The notes: a model not told the origin generated them from the letters alone. A stretch of DNA of 64,000 nt from Patescibacteria group bacterium (GCA_016860985.1 BOKM01000001.1:856040-920039), one strand, 5' to 3'. Shown: positions 29,413 through 39,959, counted from the stretch's first letter. Program-made: numbers and translations.

Positions 29413-29933
29413 AGTCCAGGTCGAATAACAATTGAAGTGGCATAGTTTCGCTGATAGGATAAATCGTTTCTTCCACCGGGGTTACTGTACGAAGCGGTAA
29501 AGCTAACGTTTACGACACTTAACGTTGTCGACACGGCAACTCTTCTGAAGCTCAAATTACTCAGCACTACTCTATTTGAGGTTAGCAATGTAGTGCTTCC
29601 TGGAGTTGTAGTTTGTTGAAGTACTCCTCCGTTCAAAGAATAAGATCTATTGTATGCAGGAGTACCTGTTCGAGCATAAGTGAGTGTATTTCCTGTTGCT
29701 CCTGGTGCAGGTGCTGAAATGCTTTGTGCATCTTTTAGGTCACGTTTTAGAAGTTGCATAACCATCATTGCTTCGTTTTCTACTTCAATAACAGACTGTT
29801 GCTTGTTGCGTGCGGTGAACATCTCTCTTACCACTCCACCAATTGCAAAAATCATGCCTGAAAGCAACGCCATGTACAAAAGCACTTCGACGAGGCTAGA
29901 TGCTTTAAGTTTTAAAATAGGTTTATTCTGCAT
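29409..29933 (-). CDS. pseudopilin-like protein (prepilin-type N-terminus with Glu+5)
   Basis: MQNKPILKLKA|SSLVEVLLYMALLSGMIFAIGG: hydrophobic helix with E at +5 after a putative A|S processing site. Confidence 0.45.
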   Translation of the reverse strand: MQNKPILKLKASSLVEVLLYMALLSGMIFAIGGVVREMFTARNKQQSVIEVENEAMMVMQLLKRDLKDAQSISAPAPGATGNTLTYARTGTPAYNRSYSLNGGVLQQTTTPGSTTLLTSNRVVLSNLSFRRVAVSTTLSVVNVSFTASYSNPGGRNDLSYQRNYATSIVIRPGL

Positions 29934-31422
29934 CGAGAATCACAATTTCATTAGTATTGTCTGTTGTGCCAATGTAGGCGCGGTCGTTAACTGAATCCCA
30001 CGCAACGCTTCGGTAGGTCGAAGCAGCTGCGTTATACAATCCGCGGCGAACCGGCGCGGTTGGTGTCGAGAAATCTACGACTTCAAATTCGTTTGTAGCA
30101 CTTGCGGTCGCGAGAAATAGAAAGCTGCGTGCTGGGTCAACATCCGCATCATAAATCAAATACGCTGCTGTATAAGCTCCAAGGTATGTGGGGGAATTTG
30201 GGGTAGATACATCATAAAAATATATTTGGGAGCCGGTTACAGTGCCCGATCTGCGGTACAAAATCAACACATCTCCACTCACAATCATATCAAAACGACC
30301 GGTGATGGTAGTTGGTAAATTGACTGTGTTGTCGAGAGAAGGTGCCGCCGTGTTACTAACGTCAATCACATGCAGTTCTTGCGCTGTATTCGAGGTCGTC
30401 ACATACACGTAGGTATTATCTCGAACAAGTACGTCGTAATAGGTAGCCGAAGATTGGAGTACACCTTGTGCAGTGTATGTTGTGGTCCCGGTATTTTGTA
30501 GTATGTTAAATTCGGCGGTGGTTCCATTTGCTGTACGTGTTACATATAGTGTATTTCCATTCGCTGTAATTCCGTTCGCATCTGTATTCCCTGACATATT
30601 TAATGTTCCAATCAGATTTCGCGTTGATGCATCAATTCCTGTAACTTCTCTAGTATTGTTGGCACTTGAATAATAGAACCTACGAATTCCATCTCCTGCT
30701 AGATATCTATGCCCAACGTCAGTATGTACAGCATTTAGGTTAACATTACTACCTTGGCTGATTGTTGGAAAGGCAGAAACATCAAAGGAGGTAAAATAAG
30801 AAGATCTGGAACCGTTAAGTAAAAGTGCGTAAAGTACTCCACCGTAGAATTTAAGGTAGGTCACATCATAGGCGGTTGTGGTAATCGCATGGTTTTTATT
30901 AAACACAGGAGTCTGCCAAGCAACGGTTGGAGGTGTAATGATGTCCTGCCAATTGGTGAGCATGGTAATAACTGACTCTGAGCCCGTTCTACCCGCATTG
31001 TTCCAACTTACCGTAACAGTCGCGAGTTTTCGCTCTACAGTTGGGGCAGTTATGGTCACAGACCGTGTGTAGATTCCTCCTTCTAACGACTCCGAACTTC
31101 CGGAGAGAATCCAATCGGTGCCGTTAAAAGAAAACCCGTAGGTACCATTCGGTAAATTTGTTAATGCATCTTTTCGAATATAACGTAACAATTCTGCTCC
31201 TTCAGAAGCATACCTTATTGCAGTCTTTTGTGTGTTTGGAATCTTTGTAGTGCTAATGCTGTAGGTAAGTGCACCGATTAAGAAGGTCGCATATGCCATA
31301 AATATCGAGATGGCAAGGATAATTTCTACTGCACCAGAGCCAGAGAGCCGATATCGTTTAAAAATTTTAGTTATACGTAAGCCTTCCATCTGTTGAAAAC
31401 ACAATTGATTTTGCATCTGCAC
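29923..31422 (-). CDS. large pseudopilin-like protein (499 aa) with prepilin-type N-terminus
   Basis: …RLSG|SGAVEIILAISIFMAYATFLIGAL: Gly at -1, Glu at +5, long Thr/Asn-rich body typical of tip/minor pilins. Confidence 0.45.
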   Translation of the reverse strand: MQMQNQLCFQQMEGLRITKIFKRYRLSGSGAVEIILAISIFMAYATFLIGALTYSISTTKIPNTQKTAIRYASEGAELLRYIRKDALTNLPNGTYGFSFNGTDWILSGSSESLEGGIYTRSVTITAPTVERKLATVTVSWNNAGRTGSESVITMLTNWQDIITPPTVAWQTPVFNKNHAITTTAYDVTYLKFYGGVLYALLLNGSRSSYFTSFDVSAFPTISQGSNVNLNAVHTDVGHRYLAGDGIRRFYYSSANNTREVTGIDASTRNLIGTLNMSGNTDANGITANGNTLYVTRTANGTTAEFNILQNTGTTTYTAQGVLQSSATYYDVLVRDNTYVYVTTSNTAQELHVIDVSNTAAPSLDNTVNLPTTITGRFDMIVSGDVLILYRRSGTVTGSQIYFYDVSTPNSPTYLGAYTAAYLIYDADVDPARSFLFLATASATNEFEVVDFSTPTAPVRRGLYNAAASTYRSVAWDSVNDRAYIGTTDNTNEIVILDAE

Positions 31423-31831
31423 TGTCAGATGTTACGGATACGGTAGTAGCGGCCGAAGGAACTCCTGTCGTTTTTGCAAAAAGCACTTCAGGCGACCCTG
31501 ACGTAACGGAAATTGAGATTTTACTGCTATCAAAACTGAGAATATCATCGTAAATTTGATTCCGAGTCGCATATGAGTTACCGGCAAACACAATAACACT
31601 GCTGGATTGAATCGATACTCCCCAACTTGAATCGTGTCTTCCTTGTTGAGCATAAAGCTGTGCCTTTCTGAGTGCATGACCAATTTGAGATTGTGCGCTT
31701 TCTGTCTGGATTCGATATGTAATTCCTGAATCGAGTGCAAAAGGAACGGTTGCGAGAATACCCATAAGCGATACTGTAAGCAGCACTTCAATGATGGTCA
31801 TAGCTTGTAGTTGGGGCAACTTTTGGTTCAT
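31367..31831 (-). CDS. prepilin-like protein
   Basis: MNQKLPQLQA|MTIIEVLLTVSLMGILA: class III signal-like, E at +5. Confidence 0.5.
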   Translation of the reverse strand: MNQKLPQLQAMTIIEVLLTVSLMGILATVPFALDSGITYRIQTESAQSQIGHALRKAQLYAQQGRHDSSWGVSIQSSSVIVFAGNSYATRNQIYDDILSFDSSKISISVTSGSPEVLFAKTTGVPSAATTVSVTSDSADAKSIVFSTDGRLTYN

Positions 31832-32886
31832 TAGTAAATATTAAGATTTCCGACAATGTTATACAGCGGGAATATGACTGCAAGCGCAACAAGTAGTACA
31901 AAGAACCAAACGACGACAATAAGGAGTGGCTCAATAACAGCAGAAAGTGTTTGAGTGCTTAAATCCATCTTTTTTTGGTAGATGTCACCTATCTTGTTAA
32001 AGATTTCTGGAAGGTGTCCTGATTTTTCGGCTGATGAAACGAGGTTTTGTACAGAGCGAGGAAAAAGGCGGTCAGTTTTTTTGTACTCTGAAAATAGTGC
32101 ACTAAAGGTGACTCCATTTTCTACTCCATGTGCTAAAAATTCATAAAATTTCTGGTATCTCCGAGTCGTTGTGTAATCTCTCAAAAAGTTTAAACCATCG
32201 GTGATAACGATACCAGAGTTACTTAAGAGTCCAAGCAAAAAGCCGAATCGTGCAATTTCAATCTGTCGAAAAATATCCTTAATTCCTGGAAGTCTGAATA
32301 GTAGTTCTTGTCCCCAATGTTTTGTTTGTTTATTAATAAACAGAAGGTAAATAATGAGAGCAACAAAAAGGAAAAATAGAGGCGCAACAATGTATCCGTA
32401 CTTTTGTAAAAAAGTACCTGCGGCAAGAAGAAAAAGCGTAATTGCAGGTAATTCTCCCCCAAGCTTCGAGAAAGTTTCTGAAATTTTAGGGAGAATAACA
32501 AAAGCATTTACGCCTCCGAGTACAATAACCATAGCCAAAATAAAAGCCGGATATATTGAGGCAGCAACAACCTTAGACTTAAATTCTTTGTCTCGAGCGT
32601 ATTGCGCAGCAACCATAGATAACTGCTCTTTTAGTTTTCCAGATTGTTCTCCGGTTCGGATAAATGAGAGGAATTGCTCTGGAATAATATTCGTGCCTCG
32701 AAACGCTTGCCACAGTTGGTCACCACTATCTACCCTGTCTCGGATTTTTGCAATCTTTTGCTTGAGATCCTTTTGAGAAACTTCCTCTTCTAGAGATAAT
32801 AGTGCAGTACTCACATCCATACCCGCTTCAAGAAGAATCGAAAGTTGCTCGAGTACAAAGCTTTTTTCGTCGTTATTTCTGGCCAT
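31831..32886 (-). CDS. pilC: type IV pilus assembly platform protein PilC/GspF family
   Basis: 351 aa polytopic membrane protein with T2SS-F-like cytoplasmic domains; operon position between PilB and pilins. Confidence 0.7.
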   Translation of the reverse strand: MARNNDEKSFVLEQLSILLEAGMDVSTALLSLEEEVSQKDLKQKIAKIRDRVDSGDQLWQAFRGTNIIPEQFLSFIRTGEQSGKLKEQLSMVAAQYARDKEFKSKVVAASIYPAFILAMVIVLGGVNAFVILPKISETFSKLGGELPAITLFLLAAGTFLQKYGYIVAPLFFLFVALIIYLLFINKQTKHWGQELLFRLPGIKDIFRQIEIARFGFLLGLLSNSGIVITDGLNFLRDYTTTRRYQKFYEFLAHGVENGVTFSALFSEYKKTDRLFPRSVQNLVSSAEKSGHLPEIFNKIGDIYQKKMDLSTQTLSAVIEPLLIVVVWFFVLLVALAVIFPLYNIVGNLNIY

Positions 32887-32887
32887 G

Positions 32888-34555
32888 TTAGTCTGAAATT
32901 TGGGCTACTCGGAGCACCTCATCTAATGTAGTCACACCATGTTTTACCTTTTCAATTCCGTCTTTGAATAACGAAATCATGCCTTGCTTTAAGGCGAGCT
33001 TTCTAATTTCGTCTGCAGAAGGTTTCGAAAGAAGGAGTTCTCGCATTTCTTTTGTTACCGATATCATTTCAAATATAGCAGACCTCCCTTTATATCCTCT
33101 GAAGTTACAAACCTTGCAACCCTTTGCTTGATACAAGGTCGTTGCTTTTCCGAGGTACTTTGCTGTTGTTCCGTATTGTTTTTCTAGTTCCTTCGAATTT
33201 GCTTTGTAACTTACTTTACATGCGTCACATAGTTTTCGGACAAGGCGCTGTGAAACAATAAGCTCGAGTGTTGATGAAAGCAAAAATGCTTCAGTACCCA
33301 TATCTATCATCCTCGGGACTACTGTTGACGCATCGTTCGCGTGGAACGTTGAGAGAAGTAGGTGCCCAGTAAGCGCCGCGTTCACTGCAATCTCAGCAGA
33401 ATCTTTATCTCTAATTTCTCCAACAAGAATAATATCTGGATCTTGTCGTACCAACGATCGCAACCCGGAGGCAAAGGTAATTCCGGTTTCTTTGTTTACT
33501 TGAACTTGTGTCGCACCTTTGATGCGGTATTCGACTGGATCTTCGATGGTCATAATGTTTAGCCCTGGAGTAATAACTTTGCTTAATACGGCGTAAAGTG
33601 TGGTCGATTTTCCTGAACCCGTCGGTCCAGATACCACAATCATTCCGAATGGTTTTTTGGCAGCATCTGCAAGTAATTTTTGATGAGTCTCTGATAATCC
33701 GATTTGATCAAGACCTAACCCACCGACCACTTGTGAAAGAATACGTAAGGCAAGCTTTTCTCCGTAAAGAGATGGAACAAACGATACACGAAGGTCGTAC
33801 TGTTTTTTGTGCCAATCGTGGCTAAACGAACCGTCTTGAATCGATTGATGCTCATCGAGCCGGAGTCGTGCGAGTACTTTGATTCGGTTGACCACTTTCT
33901 CGTACGTATCGCTAGTGATATCTGCCATTTCGTGGAGCATACCATCGATTCTGAATCGAATAACAACTGCAAAGGCAGCAGGTTCAAGGTGGATATCGGT
34001 TGCTCTACTCTCGTATGCGCTAGATAAAATTTCATCAATAAGTTGTTTGATTTGTACTTCGGGTTGCGAAAGTATAACTTGGAGTTTTTGTTGCAGCGGA
34101 ACCTCGTAACTGGTGAAAAGTGCTTCAATATCTTCAGTTAAGGAGTAGGCAACTCTGATTTTCTCTACATTTTCGAATGCCTTTGTTGTCGCGGCTAAAT
34201 CTTCTAATTCGCGGATAAGTTTAGGATTTTTGGGGTCATCTGTCGCAAACGTAAGCAAACCATTGGTATTGGAGAATATTACCAAATTGTATTCTCGCGC
34301 AATTTTTTCGGGGATTGCACGTACTTGAGATTCATCTGGAATAAGGGAGTTTAAGTCGGCATATGGAACACGGAAGTACTCGGCAATTGCTTGCCCCAGT
34401 AGATCTTTCGTTAAAAGCTCTTCGCTAATGAGCACTGTCGTTAAGGGAAGTCCGCGTGTCTTTGCTCTTTGGAGCATTACCGTTGCGACCTCTTCTTCGA
34501 GGTAACTTTGCTGAACAAGAATTTTGCTTAGCTGTTCGTCATTGAGTTTGTTCAT
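32888..34555 (-). CDS. pilB: type IV pilus assembly ATPase PilB/GspE family
   Basis: Walker A VSGPTGSGKSTTLYA, Asp box, His box, C-terminal tetracysteine motif (CDACK…CKVCNFRGYKGR), N-terminal GspE_N-like domain. Confidence 0.85.
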   Translation of the reverse strand: MNKLNDEQLSKILVQQSYLEEEVATVMLQRAKTRGLPLTTVLISEELLTKDLLGQAIAEYFRVPYADLNSLIPDESQVRAIPEKIAREYNLVIFSNTNGLLTFATDDPKNPKLIRELEDLAATTKAFENVEKIRVAYSLTEDIEALFTSYEVPLQQKLQVILSQPEVQIKQLIDEILSSAYESRATDIHLEPAAFAVVIRFRIDGMLHEMADITSDTYEKVVNRIKVLARLRLDEHQSIQDGSFSHDWHKKQYDLRVSFVPSLYGEKLALRILSQVVGGLGLDQIGLSETHQKLLADAAKKPFGMIVVSGPTGSGKSTTLYAVLSKVITPGLNIMTIEDPVEYRIKGATQVQVNKETGITFASGLRSLVRQDPDIILVGEIRDKDSAEIAVNAALTGHLLLSTFHANDASTVVPRMIDMGTEAFLLSSTLELIVSQRLVRKLCDACKVSYKANSKELEKQYGTTAKYLGKATTLYQAKGCKVCNFRGYKGRSAIFEMISVTKEMRELLLSKPSADEIRKLALKQGMISLFKDGIEKVKHGVTTLDEVLRVAQISD

Positions 34556-34916
34556 GGAGCAGTTTTTTTACATAATCTACGATATCCTTAATCGGTGTAT
34601 TCGATTTTACAAAATATTCCTTTGCACCTAACGCCTTTACTCTGGCGACATCTTCTTCTTGACTCAAATTTGAAAGAACAATGACATCTAACGTAATTTT
34701 ATCTTTTGCAAGATTTTCTAAAACAGTAAAACCGTCCATCTCTGGGAGCATAAGATCAAGCAAGAGAAGGTCAATGTGAGTTGACTTTACACGGTCAAGA
34801 CACTCCCGACCATTACCTGCAATCAGGACATCCATTCCTTCCCTTTTAAGTTTTAAACTCAATGCAGTTGCTAATGGCTTTTCATCGTCAACAACGAGTA
34901 CGGTTTTCACCTTCAT
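34539..34916 (-). CDS. single-domain response-regulator receiver (PilH/CheY-like), first gene of pilus operon 1
   Basis: 125 aa; VLVVDDEKPL…LLLLDLMLPEMDG…K; overlaps pilB start. Confidence 0.7.
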   Translation of the reverse strand: MKVKTVLVVDDEKPLATALSLKLKREGMDVLIAGNGRECLDRVKSTHIDLLLLDLMLPEMDGFTVLENLAKDKITLDVIVLSNLSQEEDVARVKALGAKEYFVKSNTPIKDIVDYVKKLLHEQTQ

Positions 34917-34963
34917 ACAGTAATTATAGTATCGAAATTTGAATATACCGTCAAATCGCAGTA

Positions 34964-36058
34964 TTACAGAAAATCCTCATATCCACGTGTCTTTAGAATG
35001 TCGTGCACTTCTTTGACTTTGTTTGCCATCTCTTTAGGAACAACAAGAATCGAATCTGGTGTCTCAACTACGACCGTGTCTTTAATTCCGACGAGTGCTA
35101 TGAGTTTTTTGGTGTCTGAAAGAACGAGATTATCTTTACTTTCTACTTCGATTACCTCAGTTTGGTGTGTCTCAATGGCTTCTTCTAGGTAATACCGAGC
35201 TACGTCGTCCCATGTAGTTATATGCGTCCACTTGTAAGGTACGATAACTGCCTGAACTTCTCCTCTTTTCATGAGTTGCTTTGTAACAAGCTCGATTCTT
35301 CCTGGTTCAAATTGCTCGTAAAGACGCTTCACTTTTTCTTCTTCGTCTTTAGTGCCAAGCACTTCTTGTATTTTCATGAGGACGTTGTACCAGTCTGGTC
35401 GGAATTCTTTTATTGCGTTGAGTAATTTTGCGGGGGTCCAGGTGTTGTGATTGCAATGTGTTCCGACTTTGTCTTGTGTCGCAATTTCTGTAACCTGTTC
35501 TAAGGTCATTCTGTCTTTTACTACATCAATAAAATCAGAAACTTGATGCACGATAATTCCGTTAGTTGAAGGAACGTTGGCTCCGAGTTTAAGTAAGTCG
35601 CTGCCCGTTTCAAGATAGCGGGGGATTTGAGTTCCTGTTACCAATTGCCCGTATTTTTTGACGAGCTTTTCCATACTTTCGACCATATCAAGGTACTTAT
35701 CCGTAGGGTTACGGACTATCGGAGATTGCACGTAAAACATGACAACTTCGTCAGGAAATTTTTGATAGAGCTTCAACATCGCAAACCCAGAGGCAGGTCC
35801 CGTATCTCGACCTTCGGGTGGTTCTATAATGTAATTTTCTCCAGGGATTTGTGGCGCTTGTTCTCTTACAAAATGAAGTAGCTTTTCTGTGGTGGACACA
35901 TAAATATCATAAGGGGAGTATCGTTCGAGCAGTGCCTCCACATTCAACTGGAAAAGAGTTTTCTTCCCAATTAATGGATAAAACTGTTTCGGTGCGTCTT
36001 CTCTACTAACTGGCCAGAGCTTGGTGCCCGAGCCCCCTGCCATTATGATAAATTTCAT
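34964..36058 (-). CDS. mannose-1-phosphate guanylyltransferase / NDP-sugar pyrophosphorylase
   Basis: MKFIIMAGGSGTKLWPVSR nucleotidyltransferase signature (GGxGTRLWPLSR). Confidence 0.7.
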   Translation of the reverse strand: MKFIIMAGGSGTKLWPVSREDAPKQFYPLIGKKTLFQLNVEALLERYSPYDIYVSTTEKLLHFVREQAPQIPGENYIIEPPEGRDTGPASGFAMLKLYQKFPDEVVMFYVQSPIVRNPTDKYLDMVESMEKLVKKYGQLVTGTQIPRYLETGSDLLKLGANVPSTNGIIVHQVSDFIDVVKDRMTLEQVTEIATQDKVGTHCNHNTWTPAKLLNAIKEFRPDWYNVLMKIQEVLGTKDEEEKVKRLYEQFEPGRIELVTKQLMKRGEVQAVIVPYKWTHITTWDDVARYYLEEAIETHQTEVIEVESKDNLVLSDTKKLIALVGIKDTVVVETPDSILVVPKEMANKVKEVHDILKTRGYEDFL

Positions 36059-36072
36059 TTTTTCTGCGCCGT

Positions 36073-38001
36073 TTAAATATCAAGCATCGCGTATTTCGCG
36101 TATTGCTGAATAAACTTTTTACGTGGTCCAACCTCTGTACCCATGAGCATGTCAAAAAGTGAATCTGCTGCAGCAGCGTCTGCTACTGAGACCTTTTTGA
36201 GTACTCGTTTGTCTACATCCATAGTTGTTTCTTTTAGCTGGTCAGGGTTCATTTCTCCAAGACCTTTGAATCGTTGCACACTCTTGATTTTATGACCAGC
36301 TTTGATTTCTTTTTCTACAAATTTGTCTTTTTCGATTTCGCTTACAAACCAGTATTTTTCTTTTCCAACTTCGACTTTGAACAATGGTGGTTGCGCAATG
36401 AATACTCGACCATCATCAATAAGTCTTCTCATAAATCGATAGAAGAAGGTAAGTACCAAAATCACAATGTGTGAACCGTCCACATCTGCATCTGTCATGA
36501 TGATAATCTTTCCGTAGCGAAGCCGTGTCATATCCATTTGGTCTGCGATACCACAACCAATTGCGGTAACAAGATCTTTTAGTCGGTAGTTCGCCAGTAC
36601 GCGATCTACTCTGTGTTTTTCCGCGTTGATTGGCTTACCCGTGAGTGGGAGAATCGCTTGAAATTCTCGGTCTCTACCCTGCTTTGCCGATCCACCTGCG
36701 CTATCACCCTCTACGATGAATAGCTCGGACTTATCTTTATCTTTAGTTGAACAGTCGGCAAGTTTACCTGGTAAAGCAGTAAACGTCAGTGCACTCTTTC
36801 TAAGGATAGCATTACGTGCTGCTTTAGCCGCATTTCTTGCCTTTAAGGAAAGGATAGCTCGAGAAATAATCTGCTTTGCATCTTGTGGGTTTTCGGTAAA
36901 GAATTCAGCTAAAGCGTCAGACACAACTGCCTGCACAGCACTCTTTGCTTCTGGGTTGTTAAGCTTGATTTTTGTTTGGCCTTCGAATTGCGGGTTACCA
37001 ATTTTAATCGAAATAATTGCAGTTAACCCTTCGCGAACGTCTTCTCCTTCAAGTTTTGTTTTTTCGTCTAGCAATTTATTTGCCATTCCGTATTTGTTGA
37101 TTGCTGACGTAAGTGCTGCTTTAAAACCTGCTAAGTGAGTGCCTCCTTCTGGGTTCTCGATATTGTTTGCAAAAGTTCTAATCTTGTCGGTCATAGAATC
37201 GGTATAAAGGAATCCGACTTCGACCATAATATCGTCCTTTTCTTTGCTAACATAAAAAGGCGTCTTCATTATTGCGGTTCCTGTTTGTTGGTTGTGAACG
37301 AACGATAAGATTCCCTTTTCGAAATAGTAACGCTTTATAGTCGGTGTCGCGGTAGTTTCGTTTACAAAGGTAAAATTGATGCCGGACGTTAAGAATCCTT
37401 GATAATGCAGTCTCGTTTCAATTGTTTTTGGGTTATATTGCAAGTCACCGAATATCTCTGGATCAGGTGTAAAAAATTGCGTTGTACCTGTTCGTTCTTT
37501 GTACTCGGAGAGTGGTTTTTCGGTCAGTTCTGTTTGAGGAATACCTTGTTTATATTCTTGAGTGTATCTTTTTCCGTTACGGCAAACCGAGGTCACCATT
37601 TTTATTGAAAGTGCGTTGGTACATGACATACCTACGCCGTGAAGACCTCCGGAGACTTTATAGGCACCTTTGTCGAATTTTCCACCTGCGTGTAGAACGG
37701 TCATAACGGTTTCAAGCGCGCTTCGTCCGGTTTCTGGATGAATATCGACAGGAATACCTCGACCGTTATCTGTTACAGATATTGAGTTATCTTTGTGCAA
37801 AACAACGGTAATGTGAGTTGCAAAGCCTGCGAGAGCTTCATCTACCGCGTTATCGAGCACTTCATAAAAAATATGATTCAAGCCATTGATGTCAGTTGAA
37901 CCTACATACATGGCTGGTCTTTGGCGGACTGCCTCAAGGCCTTTAAGAACAGTAATATTTGCTGCGCTATAGTTGTTTTGTGTTGTTGGTGTCTTGGTCA
38001 T
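36073..38001 (-). CDS. gyrB: DNA gyrase subunit B (type IIA topoisomerase B subunit; ParE not excluded)
   Basis: 642 aa; GHKL ATPase motifs (LHAGGKFD, GLHGVG), Toprim EGDSAGG, PLKGKILNVEK-like region. Confidence 0.8.
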   Translation of the reverse strand: MTKTPTTQNNYSAANITVLKGLEAVRQRPAMYVGSTDINGLNHIFYEVLDNAVDEALAGFATHITVVLHKDNSISVTDNGRGIPVDIHPETGRSALETVMTVLHAGGKFDKGAYKVSGGLHGVGMSCTNALSIKMVTSVCRNGKRYTQEYKQGIPQTELTEKPLSEYKERTGTTQFFTPDPEIFGDLQYNPKTIETRLHYQGFLTSGINFTFVNETTATPTIKRYYFEKGILSFVHNQQTGTAIMKTPFYVSKEKDDIMVEVGFLYTDSMTDKIRTFANNIENPEGGTHLAGFKAALTSAINKYGMANKLLDEKTKLEGEDVREGLTAIISIKIGNPQFEGQTKIKLNNPEAKSAVQAVVSDALAEFFTENPQDAKQIISRAILSLKARNAAKAARNAILRKSALTFTALPGKLADCSTKDKDKSELFIVEGDSAGGSAKQGRDREFQAILPLTGKPINAEKHRVDRVLANYRLKDLVTAIGCGIADQMDMTRLRYGKIIIMTDADVDGSHIVILVLTFFYRFMRRLIDDGRVFIAQPPLFKVEVGKEKYWFVSEIEKDKFVEKEIKAGHKIKSVQRFKGLGEMNPDQLKETTMDVDKRVLKKVSVADAAAADSLFDMLMGTEVGPRKKFIQQYAKYAMLDI

Positions 38002-38067
38002 GTCAGTGAATTATAACATAAGAAAATGAGTGGTGGACCTCTATAAATGTGTGAAATTTCTTGTGGT

Positions 38068-38541
38068 TTAATCGTTAAGTACGAGTGACACAGTTGCCCG
38101 CTCACTTGCGTTAAAGGTGCCAGTAGAAATATAAGGAACAATTACCTGAGCGCACATTTCTGCTGTACTCGAGGTTATAACGCGAAGCGTAACCTGCTCT
38201 GGGTAGCTTTCGGCTACCAATACTTCGGTTTTAACTTCGGTGCAAGGATTAGGGAGCTGTGCACTGATTTCGTACTCCCATGTATTGTTTTCTACATATG
38301 TGGCTTCAAGAGTGAATCCATTTTGTGTCTTAACGATTGTTCCATTAAGGGGTGTTGGTGTCGGAGTGCCTTTGGGTGGCAGAAGCGTACTTGAAGTGAT
38401 AGATGGCCAAGCAAGATAAATCCCAACAGAAAGAAGGGCAAAGGTGACGACTCCAATAACTGCTACCGTACGGTTACTCATAGAAAGTATATCCAGCTTA
38501 ATTACTGTTCCATTATGCGTATTCTTCACTCTACTTGTCAA
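38068..38541 (-). CDS. secreted/membrane-anchored hypothetical protein
   Basis: 157 aa; internal TM/signal MSNRTVAVIGVVTFALLSVGIYLAW. Confidence 0.35.
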   Translation of the reverse strand: MTSRVKNTHNGTVIKLDILSMSNRTVAVIGVVTFALLSVGIYLAWPSITSSTLLPPKGTPTPTPLNGTIVKTQNGFTLEATYVENNTWEYEISAQLPNPCTEVKTEVLVAESYPEQVTLRVITSSTAEMCAQVIVPYISTGTFNASERATVSLVLND

Positions 38542-38561
38542 ATGCTATAAAATGCGGACGT

Positions 38562-39959
38562 ATGAACAAACGAACAAAAATAGTATGTACCATTGGCCCA
38601 GCGTCATGGGACCCCTCTGTAATGAGAGCAATGATTGAAAACGGGATGGATTGTGCCCGAGTAAACGGTGCTTTTGCTGATCCAGCCGAGATGGACAAGG
38701 TTAAGGAATTAGTAAGAGCAGTATCTCAAGAGGTATCTCTGATGCTTGACGTCAAAGGCCCCGAAGTCCGACTCAACAAGTTCCCAGAACCGATTAAGCT
38801 CGCTCCAGGTATGCACCTTTCAATTGGGAGTACGCCAACTGATCCACTCTACCCTGCCAATTACCCGCATCTGTACAAATTCGTTCAAGCAGGACAGAAA
38901 ATTCTTGTAGGAGATGGAGATGTTGAGTTGGTTGTAAAAGAGGTCACAAACGGTTTTTTGCACTGTGAAGTTGTATTTGGAGATATCTTAAAGCCAGGAA
39001 AAGCACTGAACCTACCAGGTTGTACCTACACGACCGATGTGTTAACTGAGAAGGATAAGGAGAATTTACGACATGCTATTGTGACCGGTTGGGACTTTGT
39101 TTCACCTTCGTTTATCCAAGATAAAGAGTCTGCCTTGCAGGTAAGAGCGTTTCTTAAAGGTTCCGATATGAAGATAATTGCAAAGATTGAAAATCAAGTT
39201 GGTATCGACAACATTGATGAGATTCTCGAAGTCGTTGATGGGATTATGGTCGCCAGAGGTGGTTTAGGCGTTGAGCTCGGTCTTGGAAAAGTTCCTTTGG
39301 TGCAGCGATTGTTGATTGAAAAAGCAAATGAGGCCGGAAAGCCTGTGATAACTGCTACGCAAATGCTCGAATCAATGATTACAAACCCAAGCCCTACTCG
39401 AGCAGAAGCAAACGATATTGCAACTGCAATTCTAAGCGGAACCGACGCAATCATGTTGTCGGGAGAAAGCTCTGCCGGAAAGTACCCCGCAGAAGCGGTT
39501 GCCTTTATGAGTAAAACAGCAGGTGAGATTGAACAATCTATCGAACCCAAAATCATAACTAAACGAGCTTTAGATGCATCGATTTCTGCAGATGCAATTA
39601 CTAAGGCAGCTGCCTCTTTGTGTATTGAAATGTCAAAAGACATTGACAAAGTTTTGGTCGTTTCAAAAACTGGTCGTACTGCACGATTACTTGCCCGACA
39701 TAATATCACGCAACCTATCTTTGCTTTCGTAGCCTCGGAGGTATCTGCCCGTACGCTACTGTTGAGTAAAGGCATTATGAAAACATTTGTGCAACCACCT
39801 TCGTTAGAGGCCAGAGATTCGGCAGTTATGCAAATAGTAGAACGTGCAAAACAGGAGGGGCTTGTGGCAGTGAACGAACGCGTTTTGTTGCTGTGCAAAA
39901 CTCCAATCGATGGTGAACACTACTTCCCAAATGTATTCGAAATCATTGAGGTAAAATAA
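38562..39959 (+). CDS. pyk: pyruvate kinase (start placed at MNKRTKIVCTIGP; ORF-track start 38535 overlaps upstream gene)
   Basis: KIVCTIGPAS…MDCARVNGAF…, MVARGGLGVE, C-terminal regulatory domain. Confidence 0.85.
   Translation: MNKRTKIVCTIGPASWDPSVMRAMIENGMDCARVNGAFADPAEMDKVKELVRAVSQEVSLMLDVKGPEVRLNKFPEPIKLAPGMHLSIGSTPTDPLYPANYPHLYKFVQAGQKILVGDGDVELVVKEVTNGFLHCEVVFGDILKPGKALNLPGCTYTTDVLTEKDKENLRHAIVTGWDFVSPSFIQDKESALQVRAFLKGSDMKIIAKIENQVGIDNIDEILEVVDGIMVARGGLGVELGLGKVPLVQRLLIEKANEAGKPVITATQMLESMITNPSPTRAEANDIATAILSGTDAIMLSGESSAGKYPAEAVAFMSKTAGEIEQSIEPKIITKRALDASISADAITKAAASLCIEMSKDIDKVLVVSKTGRTARLLARHNITQPIFAFVASEVSARTLLLSKGIMKTFVQPPSLEARDSAVMQIVERAKQEGLVAVNERVLLLCKTPIDGEHYFPNVFEIIEVK

Noticed and set aside
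36073-38001. Calling the type IIA topoisomerase B subunit ParE rather than GyrB
   Set aside because: No adjacent parC/gyrA is present to discriminate between them, and small genomes of this kind usually encode only gyrase. It is kept as gyrB with the uncertainty stated.
39194-39898. 234-aa minus-strand ORF inside pyk
   Set aside because: It is antisense to pyruvate kinase and has Ser/Ala-rich composition with no motif.
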